Part shown: one piece after another, positions 19,950 to 31,039 of the stretch
Numbering within the stretch: the stretch's first letter is position 1
Layout of the letters: each line of letters begins with the position of its first letter
NCBI GenBank assembly: GCA_016867835.1
Contig: VGIQ01000003.1
Location: 1 to 59,702 of the forward strand
Length of the DNA: 59,702 nt
Direction of reading: 5' to 3'
From: Calditrichota bacterium
Lineage (GTDB): Bacteria > Electryoneota > AABM5-125-24 > Hatepunaeales > Hatepunaeaceae
The notes under the pieces: model-generated
What the model was told of the DNA's origin: nothing
The model's input: only the letters and a program-made list of their open reading frames with translations
Database searches by the model: none
Position numbers and translations under genes: made by a program

Positions 19950-22360
19950 TTCTCTCCCAACGGTGGAAACTCGAGGACCTGCTTCATCCGAACCGCAACC
20001 GGACGTCCCTGGTGCCGGCCGGGACGATATTGCAAAAGACTCATCACCTCCGGCGCCACCCGGTCAAAGCCGCGTCCTTCCGGTTCCGCCATCAGTACGA
20101 CAACATCCCGCGGATCTCCGGTCCTGCTCACCACAAGTTCCACCTCGACGCGGCCCCGGACATTCTCGGCCAACGCCTCCATCGGGTAGTAGTTGCTCAA
20201 GTGGCTGCGGAGGATCTCCGGAAGCGTCGTCAACACCGGCGGCTCATCGACCATCGCAGCGTCGTAAATACGTTCCTCTTCGATAGACGGATCCGGCATT
20301 GACATCTCAAAGCGATCGTAGAACTCATCCTCCGGTGCCGGTGAAGCGGGCATTTCCTGCTTGGGCGCAGGTGTGCGCGGTGCCGCCGTCGGACGCTGCC
20401 CCGGATACTTGCGCTGGGCGATACGCGCCTCAGCCGAGCCGGGGAAGCGCGTCACAACCTCGCCATAGAGTTGCGCTGCAAGCGTATCCTCGCCGAGCAC
20501 CCGCTTGGTGATGTATGCCGCGCCCAATAGCGCTCGAGCCCCCCGCGAATCGCCCGAATCGGCGCTCGCCGAAGCGAGTAGGTAGAGATGACGCGCAGCG
20601 GTTGGATCGCCTGCCGTCCAGAGCGATTCCGCCTCCACCATTATCCGCTCCATATCCGATACGACAGGTTCGACGGCACGACCCAATGCCTTGCGCGCCC
20701 GCGCTTCCCAGCCCGGATCGGGAGGCTCGGCCAGGATAAGACTATAAAGCGAATCGTGCGCCGTCGTATCCCCCGACGAGCGCGCTACAAATGCCAACGT
20801 TGCCAAAGCCCGCGCTCGCATGGTGGTATCGAGCGGTTGATCCAAAGTGAGCCTAAGGTAGTAACCGGCGCTGTCGGCTGCGTTGCGCTCGAAGAGGTGA
20901 AACTCTGCCAGTTGCAGCCAGGTCTTAAGGCGGGAGGCGCGCCTTAGGGAGTCGATCCGCGCCACCGCAGTTGAATCAAACTCCGCTGTAATCTTAGATA
21001 CCGTAGTATCCCCTCCCAGTGTATCGCCCCGGGCTTTGGCTTCCTCAACCATCCGGGCGAGTGGGTCGCGGGTGCGGGACCTTGATGCACGGGACGTCCG
21101 GTCCGGAGTCTTATCCTTGAAGGGTGCGAGCGAATCGACAAAGGCGGTATCTGCAGAGGTCATCGCTCTAAGACCCCTCTGGACGCTGTCGATCAAGGTC
21201 ATCTGCCGCTCAATAAAGCGGAGATGATACCAATATTTGCTGAGGGCTTCGACTTCAGCCAGAAGTGAGTCGGCCAGCGGCCCCGACCGGGCGGTTCGCT
21301 CGGCCTGCTTGACCGCCTTAAACGCGGCAACTGCACCGCCGTAGTCGCGCCGCACCTGCCAAAGCAGCCGCCCTAATTCATACTGCGCATCGGCCGCGAC
21401 CTCGCCCCGCTTGTCGCCTTCGACCGATCTGGCAAGACGGGCTATGGCATCATCCTGCCGGCCGGTAATCGCTTCTGCGCGCGCCATTTCAAGTTCGATG
21501 CGGGGAAAGTCCTCGAAGTAGGCGCCATCGTCCAGGAGGTCGTCGAAGACCTGCATCGCCTCGTCTATTTGACCTGCTTCCCGCAGCGCAACGCCGCGCT
21601 GAAGCGAGGCTTCGAACCTCAGCCGGCGCGGAATCTTGCGAGCCAGGACACGGTCATAGAAGCGGACGGCATCCTCGTGACGCCGGGCAAGTCCAAGGCA
21701 CTCGCCCGACCTCACCCATGCCTGGCCGCGCAGCCATTCATCGTCGCCGGCCCGTTCGGCCGCCAGTTCATACTCCTCGAGGGCTTGATCCCACCTCTTG
21801 TCGTCGTAATAATAGTCGCCTACAGCCAGATGAGCCTGCGCTGCGATCAGGTCGGATGATTCGGATGCAGTCAGTTCGGAGAGCAACTGCCGCGCCGAGT
21901 CGGGCTGCGCCAGTTTAAAGAGCGACATTCCCTTCCATAGGCGCCCTTCGGGGATGAGTTCCGACAAAGGGTACTTCGCCTCGAGTTCGTCGATCTTCCC
22001 GGCTGCGCTGCGATACTTGGAAGTGCGGTAGTAAGCCTTGGCGATCAAGAGGAGGGCGTCGTCCTCCCACTTGCTTCCGGGATAGTAGGCGAGCATCTTG
22101 CCGGCCGACTCGATGGCTTTGTCATAGTTGCTGCTGCCCGATACCCGCCGCGCCGGTTGACGCGAGCCGGCTTCGCGTTGTTGATTCTCGGCTTCGCGAT
22201 AGTGTTTGCGAGCGTTGTAGAAGTAGTTGTAATATGCGCAGCCGACGGAAAACTGGAGCGCAATCGGAACCAGCAGCACAAGCATCGTCCGGTGGAGGAT
22301 GGAATTATCGCGCAAGGGGCGGTTCGGACGGGAGCGATCTCTTGACTTGGAGGGCGACAA
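19946..22360 (-). CDS. TPR-repeat protein with C-terminal TonB-like domain
   Basis: N-terminal TM, many TPR-like helical repeats, a Pro-rich linker, and a C-terminal TonB_C-like segment (RGRVEVELVVSRTGDPRDVVVL...GFDRVAPEVMSLLQYRP). Confidence 0.55.
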   Translation of the reverse strand: MSPSKSRDRSRPNRPLRDNSILHRTMLVLLVPIALQFSVGCAYYNYFYNARKHYREAENQQREAGSRQPARRVSGSSNYDKAIESAGKMLAYYPGSKWEDDALLLIAKAYYRTSKYRSAAGKIDELEAKYPLSELIPEGRLWKGMSLFKLAQPDSARQLLSELTASESSDLIAAQAHLAVGDYYYDDKRWDQALEEYELAAERAGDDEWLRGQAWVRSGECLGLARRHEDAVRFYDRVLARKIPRRLRFEASLQRGVALREAGQIDEAMQVFDDLLDDGAYFEDFPRIELEMARAEAITGRQDDAIARLARSVEGDKRGEVAADAQYELGRLLWQVRRDYGGAVAAFKAVKQAERTARSGPLADSLLAEVEALSKYWYHLRFIERQMTLIDSVQRGLRAMTSADTAFVDSLAPFKDKTPDRTSRASRSRTRDPLARMVEEAKARGDTLGGDTTVSKITAEFDSTAVARIDSLRRASRLKTWLQLAEFHLFERNAADSAGYYLRLTLDQPLDTTMRARALATLAFVARSSGDTTAHDSLYSLILAEPPDPGWEARARKALGRAVEPVVSDMERIMVEAESLWTAGDPTAARHLYLLASASADSGDSRGARALLGAAYITKRVLGEDTLAAQLYGEVVTRFPGSAEARIAQRKYPGQRPTAAPRTPAPKQEMPASPAPEDEFYDRFEMSMPDPSIEEERIYDAAMVDEPPVLTTLPEILRSHLSNYYPMEALAENVRGRVEVELVVSRTGDPRDVVVLMAEPEGRGFDRVAPEVMSLLQYRPGRHQGRPVAVRMKQVLEFPPLGEN

Positions 22361-22477
22361 GGACTAACTTATAAGTTTGTTAACAGGCAGGGGCGGCCGA
22401 ATCGGCGCCTCCCAAGTTTCACCCGCCGCACGGGGACTCCGTTTCCCCCGGCCATCGTCTGACAGAGACCCGACCCT

Positions 22478-22741
22478 ATGGCTCATCACAAGTCCGCCAT
22501 CAAGCGCATTCGAACCAATCTGAAAGCCAACCTGCGCAACCGCCATTACCGCTCGATGCTCCGGACGGCGATTCGCCGCGTCCGGGAGGCTGGTGCCGGC
22601 GAGGCTTCGCGGGGAAGCCTCGCCGAAGCCTATAGCCTGATTGATAAATTGGTCATAAAGGGGATTCTTCACCGCAACACCGCCGCTCGCCGCAAAGCCC
22701 ACCTGGCACGGACTTCGTCCGGCAGCAAGCCTGCTTCCTGA
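22478..22741 (+). CDS. rpsT: 30S ribosomal protein S20
   Basis: 87 aa. The HKSAIKRIRTNLKANLRNRHYRSMLRT ... KGILHRNTAARRKAHLAR pattern matches S20. Confidence 0.85.
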   Translation: MAHHKSAIKRIRTNLKANLRNRHYRSMLRTAIRRVREAGAGEASRGSLAEAYSLIDKLVIKGILHRNTAARRKAHLARTSSGSKPAS

Positions 22742-22802
22742 CCAGCCTTCCCGTTTCCGGACCCGGAATGACTCCGGCAGCCGTTGGTGGTTGCCGGACC
22801 GA

Positions 22803-24302
22803 TCAAATCGTAGTCTGATAGTTTGGCGCTTCGCGGGTGATGATCACATCGTGGGGGTGGCTTTCGCGGACCCCTGCCGCAGTGATCCGAATAAACCGCG
22901 TATCCCGTTGAAATGACGGGATGTCAGGCGTTCCGCAATAACCCATTGCAGCCTTTAGTCCGCCGGTCATCTGTTGGACAGCATCGGCCAACCGGCCCTT
23001 GAACGGAACCCGGCCTTCGATGCCTTCCGGCACCAATTTGTCAGGATCGGCGCCTTCCTGGAAATAACGGTCGGCAGAGCCTTGCTTCATCGCCGCCAAC
23101 GACCCCATCCCGTGATAGACTTTGTAGGTCCGTCCTTCCCAGAGCACCATTTCGCCGGGGCTTTCTTCCATCCCGGCAAAGAGCGACCCTATCATGACCG
23201 ATGAGGCTCCCGCGGCGATCGCTTTGGCAATGTCGCCGGAGTAACGGATGCCGCCGTCGGCAATAATCGGGATACCCTCCGGTAAGGCGGCTTCGGCGCA
23301 ATCGAGGATCGCGCTGATCTGCGGCACGCCGATCCCGGCAATGACTCGGGTGGTGCAGATCGCTCCGGCGCCGATCCCGACCTTGACCGCATCGGCTCCA
23401 ACCTGAACGAGGTCGCGCACCGCCGCACCGGTAGCGACGTTGCCGGCGATCAGGTCGAGGTTGGGCAGGAGGCTCTTGATCCGCCCGGTCATCTTCAGAA
23501 CGCCCTCCGAATGACCGTGAGCAGTGTCGATGCAGATCACATCGACCCCGGCGTCGGCAAGGGCTTTGGCCCGGTCAAGGGTGTTCTCCGCGACACCGAC
23601 AGCAGCCCCGACCCGAAGCCGGCCCAGCGCATCCATACAGGCGTGAGGGAACATCGCCTTCTTCTGAATGTCCTTGGCGGTAATCAGGCCGACCAGCCGT
23701 CCCCGCCCATCGACCACCGGCAACTTTTCGATCCGCTTCTCCTGCAAAATCTGCTGCGCCTGCTCGAGCGTCGTTCCGACCGGTGCCGTTACCAGCGGCC
23801 CTTTGGTCATATACTCCGCAATGGGCCGGTTATAGTCCGCGGCGAAGCGTATGTCGCGATGGGTCAGGATGCCGGTAAGGCGGTCGTCATCGACGATCGG
23901 GATGCCCGATATGAGGTAGCGGTGCATCACTTCGAGCGCCCGGCCAAGCGGAAGATGCGACGGGAGCGTGACCGGGGAGGTGATGGTGAAACTCTCAGAC
24001 CGCTTCACCGTATCGACCTGGGCAGCCTGCTCTTCAATCGAGAGATTCTTGTGAATGATGCCGATCCCGCCCTGGCGCGCCAGCGAAATCGCCAGTTTAG
24101 ACTCGGTAACGGTGTCCATCGCTGCCGAGAGGAGCGGGATGTTGAGGCGGATGTTGCGGGTGAGACGGGTTTCAAGGTTGGCCTGTCGCGGCAATATGCC
24201 GGACCGGCGGGGAACGATCAGGACGTCATCGAAGGTGAGGGCAAGGCCGCCGGACTGAAGCGACTTGCCGCCCTCGCCGGAAGCGGAAGGAATCTTCTCC
24301 AT
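22803..24302 (-). CDS. guaB: IMP dehydrogenase
   Basis: [10 protein letters not shown] start, tandem CBS region, and catalytic-loop [20 protein letters not shown]. Confidence 0.9.
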   Translation of the reverse strand: MEKIPSASGEGGKSLQSGGLALTFDDVLIVPRRSGILPRQANLETRLTRNIRLNIPLLSAAMDTVTESKLAISLARQGGIGIIHKNLSIEEQAAQVDTVKRSESFTITSPVTLPSHLPLGRALEVMHRYLISGIPIVDDDRLTGILTHRDIRFAADYNRPIAEYMTKGPLVTAPVGTTLEQAQQILQEKRIEKLPVVDGRGRLVGLITAKDIQKKAMFPHACMDALGRLRVGAAVGVAENTLDRAKALADAGVDVICIDTAHGHSEGVLKMTGRIKSLLPNLDLIAGNVATGAAVRDLVQVGADAVKVGIGAGAICTTRVIAGIGVPQISAILDCAEAALPEGIPIIADGGIRYSGDIAKAIAAGASSVMIGSLFAGMEESPGEMVLWEGRTYKVYHGMGSLAAMKQGSADRYFQEGADPDKLVPEGIEGRVPFKGRLADAVQQMTGGLKAAMGYCGTPDIPSFQRDTRFIRITAAGVRESHPHDVIITREAPNYQTTI

Positions 24303-24370
24303 AAGGACTCTAAAGATAGCGGATCGTAGCCGATGCAGCGAAGCGCATCAGTAAGGCTTAATCTTTCATA

Positions 24371-25054
24371 TTAGGGCATATCGTCCTGTAACGCAATGGT
24401 CGCCGCCCGCCGAAGTTCTTCGGCCGCACTTTTCGGGTCTCTTTCGCCATAAATAGCCTTGCCGGCTACCAGGAGCCGCGCTCCCTGCTTCGCGGCAAGA
24501 GGTGCAGTCCGGCCATCTATACCGCCATCGACTGCCAGCAGGCACTCTCCTACGAGGCGCGCCTTCGTTTCGGCTATTCGCGGAAGCATCTCCGCGATGA
24601 AAGCCTGTCCCCCAAAACCTGGCTCTACGGTCATAACCAGAACCTGATCGACACGGTCCAGCCAAGGCTCAATCGCGCCGAACGGCGTCCCCGGCTTGAT
24701 CGAGAGTCCGGCGCCGACACCTGCTGCGCGGATGACGCCGATCGCTTCCGACGGATCCGGCTCGGCTTCGATGTGGAATGTCAGGTAATCTCCCCTCCCG
24801 AGTCCGGCACCGAGAAATCGTTCTATCCAGGCGCCGGGACGTTCGATCATCAAATGGACATCGAGCGGCACCGCAGAGACGCGCTTGATCGCCTTGATGA
24901 CGGGCGGGCCGAAGGTCAGGTTAGGGACAAAATGACCGTCCATTACGTCGCAATGAATGTAATCGACGGCGTCTTCGATGCTCCCTATGGAGCCCGCCAA
25001 GTCGGCCATATCGGCCGAGAGCAAACTGGCTCCGATCCGGATGTCGCTCTTCAC
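24371..25054 (-). CDS. rpe: ribulose-phosphate 3-epimerase
   Basis: IGASLLSADMADL, HCDVMDGHFVPNLTFGP, and MTVEPGFGGQAF motifs. Confidence 0.9.
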   Translation of the reverse strand: MKSDIRIGASLLSADMADLAGSIGSIEDAVDYIHCDVMDGHFVPNLTFGPPVIKAIKRVSAVPLDVHLMIERPGAWIERFLGAGLGRGDYLTFHIEAEPDPSEAIGVIRAAGVGAGLSIKPGTPFGAIEPWLDRVDQVLVMTVEPGFGGQAFIAEMLPRIAETKARLVGECLLAVDGGIDGRTAPLAAKQGARLLVAGKAIYGERDPKSAAEELRRAATIALQDDMP

Positions 25055-25884
25055 CGGCGCTCCCGGGGATGGACTGCCGTGTCGTTAATCGATTCTCCGT
25101 AGCGAGTCGTATCCGTAACCGGAACTCCGCCGACCGGAGGGGTAGCGATTCTAATTGCAACCAAGCCATCCTCAGGCAGCGGCGAGCCTGCCCGAGGCGT
25201 CTGTTCGATCACCGTTCCGGGCGGCCTCGACCGGTCGGGATACCGTGCGATGGTGCCGGCGGTCAGATTGTAGCGCGCCAGAAGAAAGCGCACTTCGGGT
25301 AGCGAGCGACCCGACAGGTCGGGAACGATCGGGTGTTCGGGAAAGGCTCCCAAACCGACGGTCAGTAGAACCTCGCTACCGCGTTCGGCGTCGCTTCCAG
25401 CGAGCGGTTTCTGGTCGATAATGACTCCCTCCGGATCGGACGACGAATGGCGATAACGGAGATGCTCCAGATCGACCTTCAGACCGCTCGAGTCGGCAAT
25501 CAATAACGCTTCCCGGGGCGATCTTCCCTTTAATTCCGGAACTGTTGCCATTCCTCGCGACGCAGCCAGGACCAACTCAATCGTCCGCCCCGGCTTGACC
25601 ACGGATCCGGCAGGCGGGAATTGATCGACAACGGAACCGGGCGGGATGCGGTCGTCAAACCGGTCCCGGGTGCGCGCGATGACCAACCCGGCCTTCCGGC
25701 AGAGCACTTCGGCTTCATTATAGGTCAGCCGGCGCAGATTCGGGACCGCAACCTCGGCACCGGCGCGGGTCACCAGCGGCATCACGATCTTGTCGAAAAA
25801 GGCCAGCAGCCAGATACTGCCCACTCCCACCACTACCAGCCCGGCAATGAGATCGAGCCGGTTCTGCCACCGGCGGCGCTTCAC
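25051..25884 (-). CDS. PASTA domain-containing membrane protein
   Basis: N-terminal TM followed by three PASTA-like repeats (VPNLRRLTYNEAEVLCRKAGL..., VPELKGRSPREALLIADSSGL..., VPDLSGRSLPEVRFLLARYNL...). Confidence 0.65.
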   Translation of the reverse strand: MKRRRWQNRLDLIAGLVVVGVGSIWLLAFFDKIVMPLVTRAGAEVAVPNLRRLTYNEAEVLCRKAGLVIARTRDRFDDRIPPGSVVDQFPPAGSVVKPGRTIELVLAASRGMATVPELKGRSPREALLIADSSGLKVDLEHLRYRHSSSDPEGVIIDQKPLAGSDAERGSEVLLTVGLGAFPEHPIVPDLSGRSLPEVRFLLARYNLTAGTIARYPDRSRPPGTVIEQTPRAGSPLPEDGLVAIRIATPPVGGVPVTDTTRYGESINDTAVHPRERR

Positions 25885-27233
25885 CTACCTCCCCGAACGG
25901 CCGCTTTCTGCCGGATTAGTTGCACCGCAAAGACCCCGTCGCCGCCTATCTCTTCGCCCCAGAGATCGATCCGGCCCGCCTCATCGAGCAAATCGTCGGG
26001 GATCAATCCCGCGCCCGACCGGAATGCGAAATCGCTCCTATCGGCGAGGAACTGCCCGATCAGTTCGCGGTTCTCTTCCGGTTCGACCGAGCAGGTGCTA
26101 TAGACGATCCTCCCGCCGGGGCGGACGCGGTCGGCAGCGTATTTCAGGAGGTTCAATTGAAGCGATGCCATCCGGCGAATGTCGTCCGGCCGACGGCGCC
26201 AGCGCAAATCGGGCCGGCGCGCCAGAACGCCCGTCCCGGTGCAGGGCGCATCGACCAATACGGCATCGAACTGCCGTTTGCTGGCCAGCAGATCGTCGTA
26301 GGGAACAAGTTCAATGTTGGCATAGCCGCTGCGACGAATCGCCGCTTCGAGCATGGTCAGCCGGTCCGCTGAAGAGTCGGTCGCGGCGATGCGCGCATCC
26401 GGGGCTAACTCGGCCATATGGGTGCACTTGCCGCCCGGCGCGGAGCAGAGGTCGAGGATCTCTTCGCCGGCATCTGGATTCAGCAACTTCGCCACCAGTC
26501 CCTGCGAGACATCCTGCGGCTGTGCGCGACCGCTCCGCACTGCCTCGATCTCGCCCGGGGTGATACCGTGAGGCAATGTTATGAAAAAGGGATCGACACT
26601 GTGCGGCCGGGCGCCCGACTCCTGAGCCAGGCTGCCGGCCAGAAAGTCCTCTGGAGACGTGCGCAGCCGGTTGATGCGCAGATGCACCTCAGGGCGGCGG
26701 TTGTTCCAGGTTAAATGACGGCGGAGATTGTCCGGTGCGAGGCGCTTCAGATAGCGGGTTACAAGCCATTCAGGGTGGGAGAATTCGACGCTGAGCAAGG
26801 CTGGAGACGGCGACCGGTCGGTGTCCGGCAATCGGATTTTCCACTCCCCCGCTTCACGGCCGACTCGTCGCAGTAGTGCATTGACCCATCCCGTAGCCCC
26901 TCCGCCGCCGGCACGGCGCACAGCTTCAACGGACCCATCGACGATGGCGTGCTCCGGCACCCGATCGAGGAACAGGAATTGATAAAGCCCGGTCGAAACG
27001 GCGGCGATTGCCATCGGGTCGTGCGACTCGTTCGTCCGGTCGAGTTGCGCTATGATCCACTCGAGACGCCCCTTCTGGCGGACGGTGCCGTAGAGGATTT
27101 CAAGATATAGCCCCCGGTCACGCCGGTCCCAGGGTGAAGCGTCCAGTTCCCGCCCGGCAAGGGTCTCGATCCGGCCGGGATTCTTCAGCCACCGGGCATA
27201 AGCACGAATGGCAGCCTCGCGAGGCGGCATCAT
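25881..27233 (-). CDS. rsmB: 16S rRNA (cytosine-C5)-methyltransferase RsmB/Sun family
   Basis: N-terminal NusB-like domain, LDLCSAPGGKCTHMAEL SAM motif, DAVLVDAPCTGTGV and IVYSTCSVEPEEN catalytic motifs. Confidence 0.85.
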   Translation of the reverse strand: MMPPREAAIRAYARWLKNPGRIETLAGRELDASPWDRRDRGLYLEILYGTVRQKGRLEWIIAQLDRTNESHDPMAIAAVSTGLYQFLFLDRVPEHAIVDGSVEAVRRAGGGGATGWVNALLRRVGREAGEWKIRLPDTDRSPSPALLSVEFSHPEWLVTRYLKRLAPDNLRRHLTWNNRRPEVHLRINRLRTSPEDFLAGSLAQESGARPHSVDPFFITLPHGITPGEIEAVRSGRAQPQDVSQGLVAKLLNPDAGEEILDLCSAPGGKCTHMAELAPDARIAATDSSADRLTMLEAAIRRSGYANIELVPYDDLLASKRQFDAVLVDAPCTGTGVLARRPDLRWRRRPDDIRRMASLQLNLLKYAADRVRPGGRIVYSTCSVEPEENRELIGQFLADRSDFAFRSGAGLIPDDLLDEAGRIDLWGEEIGGDGVFAVQLIRQKAAVRGGR

Positions 27234-27345
27234 CCGTGAAGGACGAGTCTCGCGAGCACCGTTAGGACGGGGCGAACGCGCCCGGCTTAATGTCGGACTT
27301 GCCTTGCGGACAAGGGGCTGTCCGGCAACGACAGAATGCCTCTTC

Positions 27346-28035
27346 TCAGTCGCGGGAATTCCGCAGCAGGATCATGCGGAGGAGGTGCATCAGGGTCACG
27401 GTCGCTGCCGCGACATAGGTCCAGGCGGCAGCCGTCAGCACCTTGCGCGTCTGGCTGATCTCATAGTCCGCCATCAAGCCGGTTCCGCGCAACTGAGCCA
27501 GCGCCCGCCGCGACGCGTCAAACTCGACCGGCAGGGTGATCAATTGAAACGTCAGCGCCCCCAGGAAGAGGATAATGCCAACGTCCATCAGCACCTTGAA
27601 ACTGGAGAAGATCAGTCCGACGAAAAAGATCGGCATTGCCAGCGTCGAGCCAATGTTGGCCGGCCAAAGGAACAGGTGTCGCAGTTGCAAAGCGAGATAG
27701 CCCTTTTGGTGCTGAATCGCGTGTCCCACTTCATGCGCCGCGATGCCCAGCGCTGCGAGTGAGGAACTGCCATAGATGCCCTCCGAAAGGCGCACCTTGC
27801 GGCTACGCGGGTCGTAGTGATCGCTCAGTTCGCCTTCGACGGCTTCGACTTCGACATCATTAATGCCGTTAAGGTTGAGTATCTTTCGGGCGACTTGTGC
27901 ACCGGTAAGGCCGGCCGCCGAGCGCACCTCGCTATACTTCTGATAGGCGCTCTTGACCTTCGCCTGAGCCCAGAAGGCGAGGATCATCGCCGGAATGAGC
28001 AGGACGAAGGTCGGGTCGAAAAACGGGAACATCAT
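27346..28035 (-). CDS. membrane zinc metallopeptidase (HExxH; YpfJ/Zn_peptidase_2-like)
   Basis: N-terminal TM, AAHEVGHAIQH, and a downstream LPVEFDASRRA (E..AD-like) motif. Confidence 0.55.
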   Translation of the reverse strand: MMFPFFDPTFVLLIPAMILAFWAQAKVKSAYQKYSEVRSAAGLTGAQVARKILNLNGINDVEVEAVEGELSDHYDPRSRKVRLSEGIYGSSSLAALGIAAHEVGHAIQHQKGYLALQLRHLFLWPANIGSTLAMPIFFVGLIFSSFKVLMDVGIILFLGALTFQLITLPVEFDASRRALAQLRGTGLMADYEISQTRKVLTAAAWTYVAAATVTLMHLLRMILLRNSRD

Positions 28036-28127
28036 ATGCGAATTTGGATTTTACCTTTATGCTGATGAAGGTCAACGCTTCGATTGTTGCCTAAAGTAGG
28101 CTGCGAAGGAGACCGCTTCTTATACTA

Positions 28128-29069
28128 CTACCCGCCTAACCGGGTTCCGGGACTCAGCCGCCTCCCCCGCAGAAACTCGGAAGTTGTCATCCACCTCCGG
28201 CCTTCGAGTTGCAGTTCGAGGATCTGCAAGTGGCTGTCGCCGGTCTTGACGATCATCGCTTCGGACGAGATTACGGTGATCGTTCCGGTCTCCTGATCAC
28301 GCACTGCATCCAAGGTATCGGCCGGCATCAGACGAGTCCGCAGGATCTTCAGCACCTTTCCTTCGAGAGTGGTGAAGGCAGCCGGCTCGGTGGCCAGCCC
28401 GCGCACCCGGTTATGAATCTCGAGCGAAGGTGCACTCCAGTCGATACGGCAAAGGTCCCGGGTCAGTTTGGGAGCCGTGCCGAACGCACCGGATTGCCGG
28501 TGAGGTTTCATCAATCCCGTCTCCATGCCGTCCAGGGTCTCGACCATCAGACTCGCTCCCAGTTTCGCGAGGCGTTCGCTCAGCGAGTCGGCGTTATCAT
28601 CGGGATAAACAGGCTCTTCACGCTGCAGGAGAACCCCCCCGGTATCTACTCCCTTGTCGATCAGAAAGGTTGTCAAGCCGGTCTTTTCCAAGCCGCGCAT
28701 CAATGCCCAGTTGATCGGCGCTGCGCCGCGCAGATCGGGCAGGAGTGAAGCGTGCAGATTGACGCAGCCGAGTCGGGGCACTCCGAACACGGCCGGAGGC
28801 AGAATGCGAAAGGCCACGATGACCCCAATATCGGGCTGCCAGCCAGCGAGCGCCGAAACGAATCCGGGATCGTTAAGGTCGTCGGGCTGCAGGACGGGCA
28901 GTCCGGTTGTAAGTGCCGTCGTCTTAACCGGCGGATCTGTGACCTTAAGCGACCGGCCGGTCGGCTTCGAGGGCGCCGTTACGACGCCGACGACAGAGTG
29001 ACGGCTTGACAGCACCGCTTCCAGCGTCGGCAACGCGAATCGGGGCGTCCCCATGAAGACGACCCGCAA
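28128..29069 (-). CDS. fmt: methionyl-tRNA formyltransferase
   Basis: MRVVFMGTPRFA, the formyltransferase N-domain, CVNLHASLLPDLRGAAPINWAL, and a C-terminal Fmt domain. Confidence 0.9.
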   Translation of the reverse strand: MRVVFMGTPRFALPTLEAVLSSRHSVVGVVTAPSKPTGRSLKVTDPPVKTTALTTGLPVLQPDDLNDPGFVSALAGWQPDIGVIVAFRILPPAVFGVPRLGCVNLHASLLPDLRGAAPINWALMRGLEKTGLTTFLIDKGVDTGGVLLQREEPVYPDDNADSLSERLAKLGASLMVETLDGMETGLMKPHRQSGAFGTAPKLTRDLCRIDWSAPSLEIHNRVRGLATEPAAFTTLEGKVLKILRTRLMPADTLDAVRDQETGTITVISSEAMIVKTGDSHLQILELQLEGRRWMTTSEFLRGRRLSPGTRLGG

Positions 29070-29072
29070 GGA

Positions 29073-29402
29073 CTATTCTCCCGCCGAAATCCGCCGCGCT
29101 ACCGCCCCGCGGTCGATCTCAACCTTGACGTTATCGTCGATGCGGACGATAAGCGTCCCCTCCTTTTCATTCACCCGCTGCACAGTCCCGTGCAAGCCGC
29201 CCGAGGTGACGATTTGGTCGCCTTTGGTAACTGCTTCGAGCATCTTCTGGTGCTCCTTCTGACGCTTGGCTTGAGGCCGCAAGATCAGGAACCAAAAGAT
29301 GACGAAAATCAGCAGAAAGGGCAGCAGGCCGAGCAGGCCCGAACCGCCGGAACCCGGCTGACCGCCCGGCGGCGGCGCCATTGCAAGGAGAGGAAGGAAC
29401 AC
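29073..29402 (-). CDS. yajC: preprotein translocase subunit YajC
   Basis: 109 aa. TM LLPFLLIFVIFWFLILRPQAKRQKEHQKMLEAVTKGDQIVTSGGLHGTV. Confidence 0.8.
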   Translation of the reverse strand: MFLPLLAMAPPPGGQPGSGGSGLLGLLPFLLIFVIFWFLILRPQAKRQKEHQKMLEAVTKGDQIVTSGGLHGTVQRVNEKEGTLIVRIDDNVKVEIDRGAVARRISAGE

Positions 29403-29419
29403 AGGTAACCTGTTGTTGA

Positions 29420-30979
29420 TTAGTAGAGTTGAAAAACCTGAAAGGCGCCGGTGCAGGCGACGTAAAGATAACGCCCGCCGACTGTCATTCCCCGCACCGG
29501 AGGCATGTTGCGAAACTCGGTTACCACCGGCAGGGTCGCAAGTTGTCCAGCCTGCAGGACTGCCAGACCGTCACCGAATCCGGCATAAAGATACGGCATC
29601 TCGAGGTGCAGGCTCTGCAGCCCGCGATGGCGGGGATGATCGAACTCCAGACTTGGGCTTGCCGGATCACGGCAGTCAAAGACCTTGATGCCCCGACTCT
29701 CGGTGGCTAAGATGACCCGGTTGTCGAGAGCCTCAACACCGACCGGCACCCCATCGACCGGAATCTCGGCCACAATGCGCGGTAATTCGGGACTGAAGAT
29801 ATCGATCACCGACAGCCCCCATTCGCCGATGACGAAGGCGGTCCGACCGCTGATGGAGATTGCCTCACCGTAATTGGTGAGGCGCAAGTTAAAGGCTCGC
29901 CGCGGCTCGCGGACGTTGGCGACGTCGATCGACCAGAGGCCGGTGAAATGGCAGGTCGCGAAGAGATAACTCCCCGCCAGCGCAACGTCGCGCACCTTCC
30001 CGGGAATGATCGATCTTGCGACCTCGTTAGGGGATCCGGGGCGGCCCAGTCCGTAAATGACGACGCCTTCATCGTCATCGGCAAGATAAATAGCCCTCTC
30101 GTCTAAGGTCATGCCGTTCGCCCAGATGCCGGCCGGACTCGTGTAGGTAAGCCGCGGGCGAACCGGGTCGGCGACCTCGATGACGTGAAATGCGCCTTTG
30201 GCGTCGCTCAGATAGCAATAGCCGTGGCGATAGACGACATCCTCAAACTCGGCGTCCGGCACCGGCAAATGCGCGATGCGCCAGGGCTGGAGGCTATGGC
30301 CCCTGACGACAAACCGGGCATCAGCACGGAAGCTCTCCGCCCGATTGCCGACTTCGTCTCGAAACGTGCCGATGACATAGGCGGCGGTGTCGTTCACGCC
30401 GGACGGTATCGTCATACTGCGCTGAAAGACGCCCGACCCCACCGAATAGAGCCGGAAGAATCTTAGGAACTCACCAAACTCGATCTCTGCGACTCCCGGT
30501 TCTCCAGTTGTCATCACAAACTGCACTTCATCTCCGGGCCGAAGCGTGTCGGAATAGGCGTAGGCGTCGAGCGAGTCGATGCGGGCGGTGAAGTCGAGGC
30601 GGATCGAGTCCGAGAGCACCTCGGTAGTGCCTCCTCCGGTCGCTGCAAACCGCCCGAATATAATCTCCAAGCCCTCTCTACGCGGCACCGGAATAAGGCT
30701 CTCGGCGCTATAGTCCTCCCACCCTTTTGCGGCCGTCAGCGAGTCGTGCCAAAGGTGCATCCGGTCGATGTGTTCGCCAGTAACAGCGATGCGGAGCATG
30801 GTGTCGTTGGTCGCTGCGGCGCCCTCATCGATCAAGATCCGGACATTCTCAGGCTTCAATTCCCACGGCTTGGTCACTTCCGGCTCCCGACAGCCGGGCA
30901 GGATCATGGCTGCCAACAGCCCGCAAGTTGGCAAGCTTACTGCCGTCAGCCTGCCTTGTTCCCAAGTTTTGGCACTCAT
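29420..30979 (-). CDS. LVIVD-repeat (beta-propeller) lipoprotein
   Basis: Lipobox LPTCG/LPGC, and repeated ~40-aa units ending in hydrophobic-VIDV/IDV (FHVIEVADP, LWSIDVANV, LSVIDIFSP, IKVFDCRDP) typical of LVIVD repeats. Confidence 0.5.
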   Translation of the reverse strand: MSAKTWEQGRLTAVSLPTCGLLAAMILPGCREPEVTKPWELKPENVRILIDEGAAATNDTMLRIAVTGEHIDRMHLWHDSLTAAKGWEDYSAESLIPVPRREGLEIIFGRFAATGGGTTEVLSDSIRLDFTARIDSLDAYAYSDTLRPGDEVQFVMTTGEPGVAEIEFGEFLRFFRLYSVGSGVFQRSMTIPSGVNDTAAYVIGTFRDEVGNRAESFRADARFVVRGHSLQPWRIAHLPVPDAEFEDVVYRHGYCYLSDAKGAFHVIEVADPVRPRLTYTSPAGIWANGMTLDERAIYLADDDEGVVIYGLGRPGSPNEVARSIIPGKVRDVALAGSYLFATCHFTGLWSIDVANVREPRRAFNLRLTNYGEAISISGRTAFVIGEWGLSVIDIFSPELPRIVAEIPVDGVPVGVEALDNRVILATESRGIKVFDCRDPASPSLEFDHPRHRGLQSLHLEMPYLYAGFGDGLAVLQAGQLATLPVVTEFRNMPPVRGMTVGGRYLYVACTGAFQVFQLY

Positions 30980-31039
30980 CGCTCATGACCTCATAAGGTC
31001 TAAATAGATATCATATCGTTAAGGGTGGCGTCAAGTAGT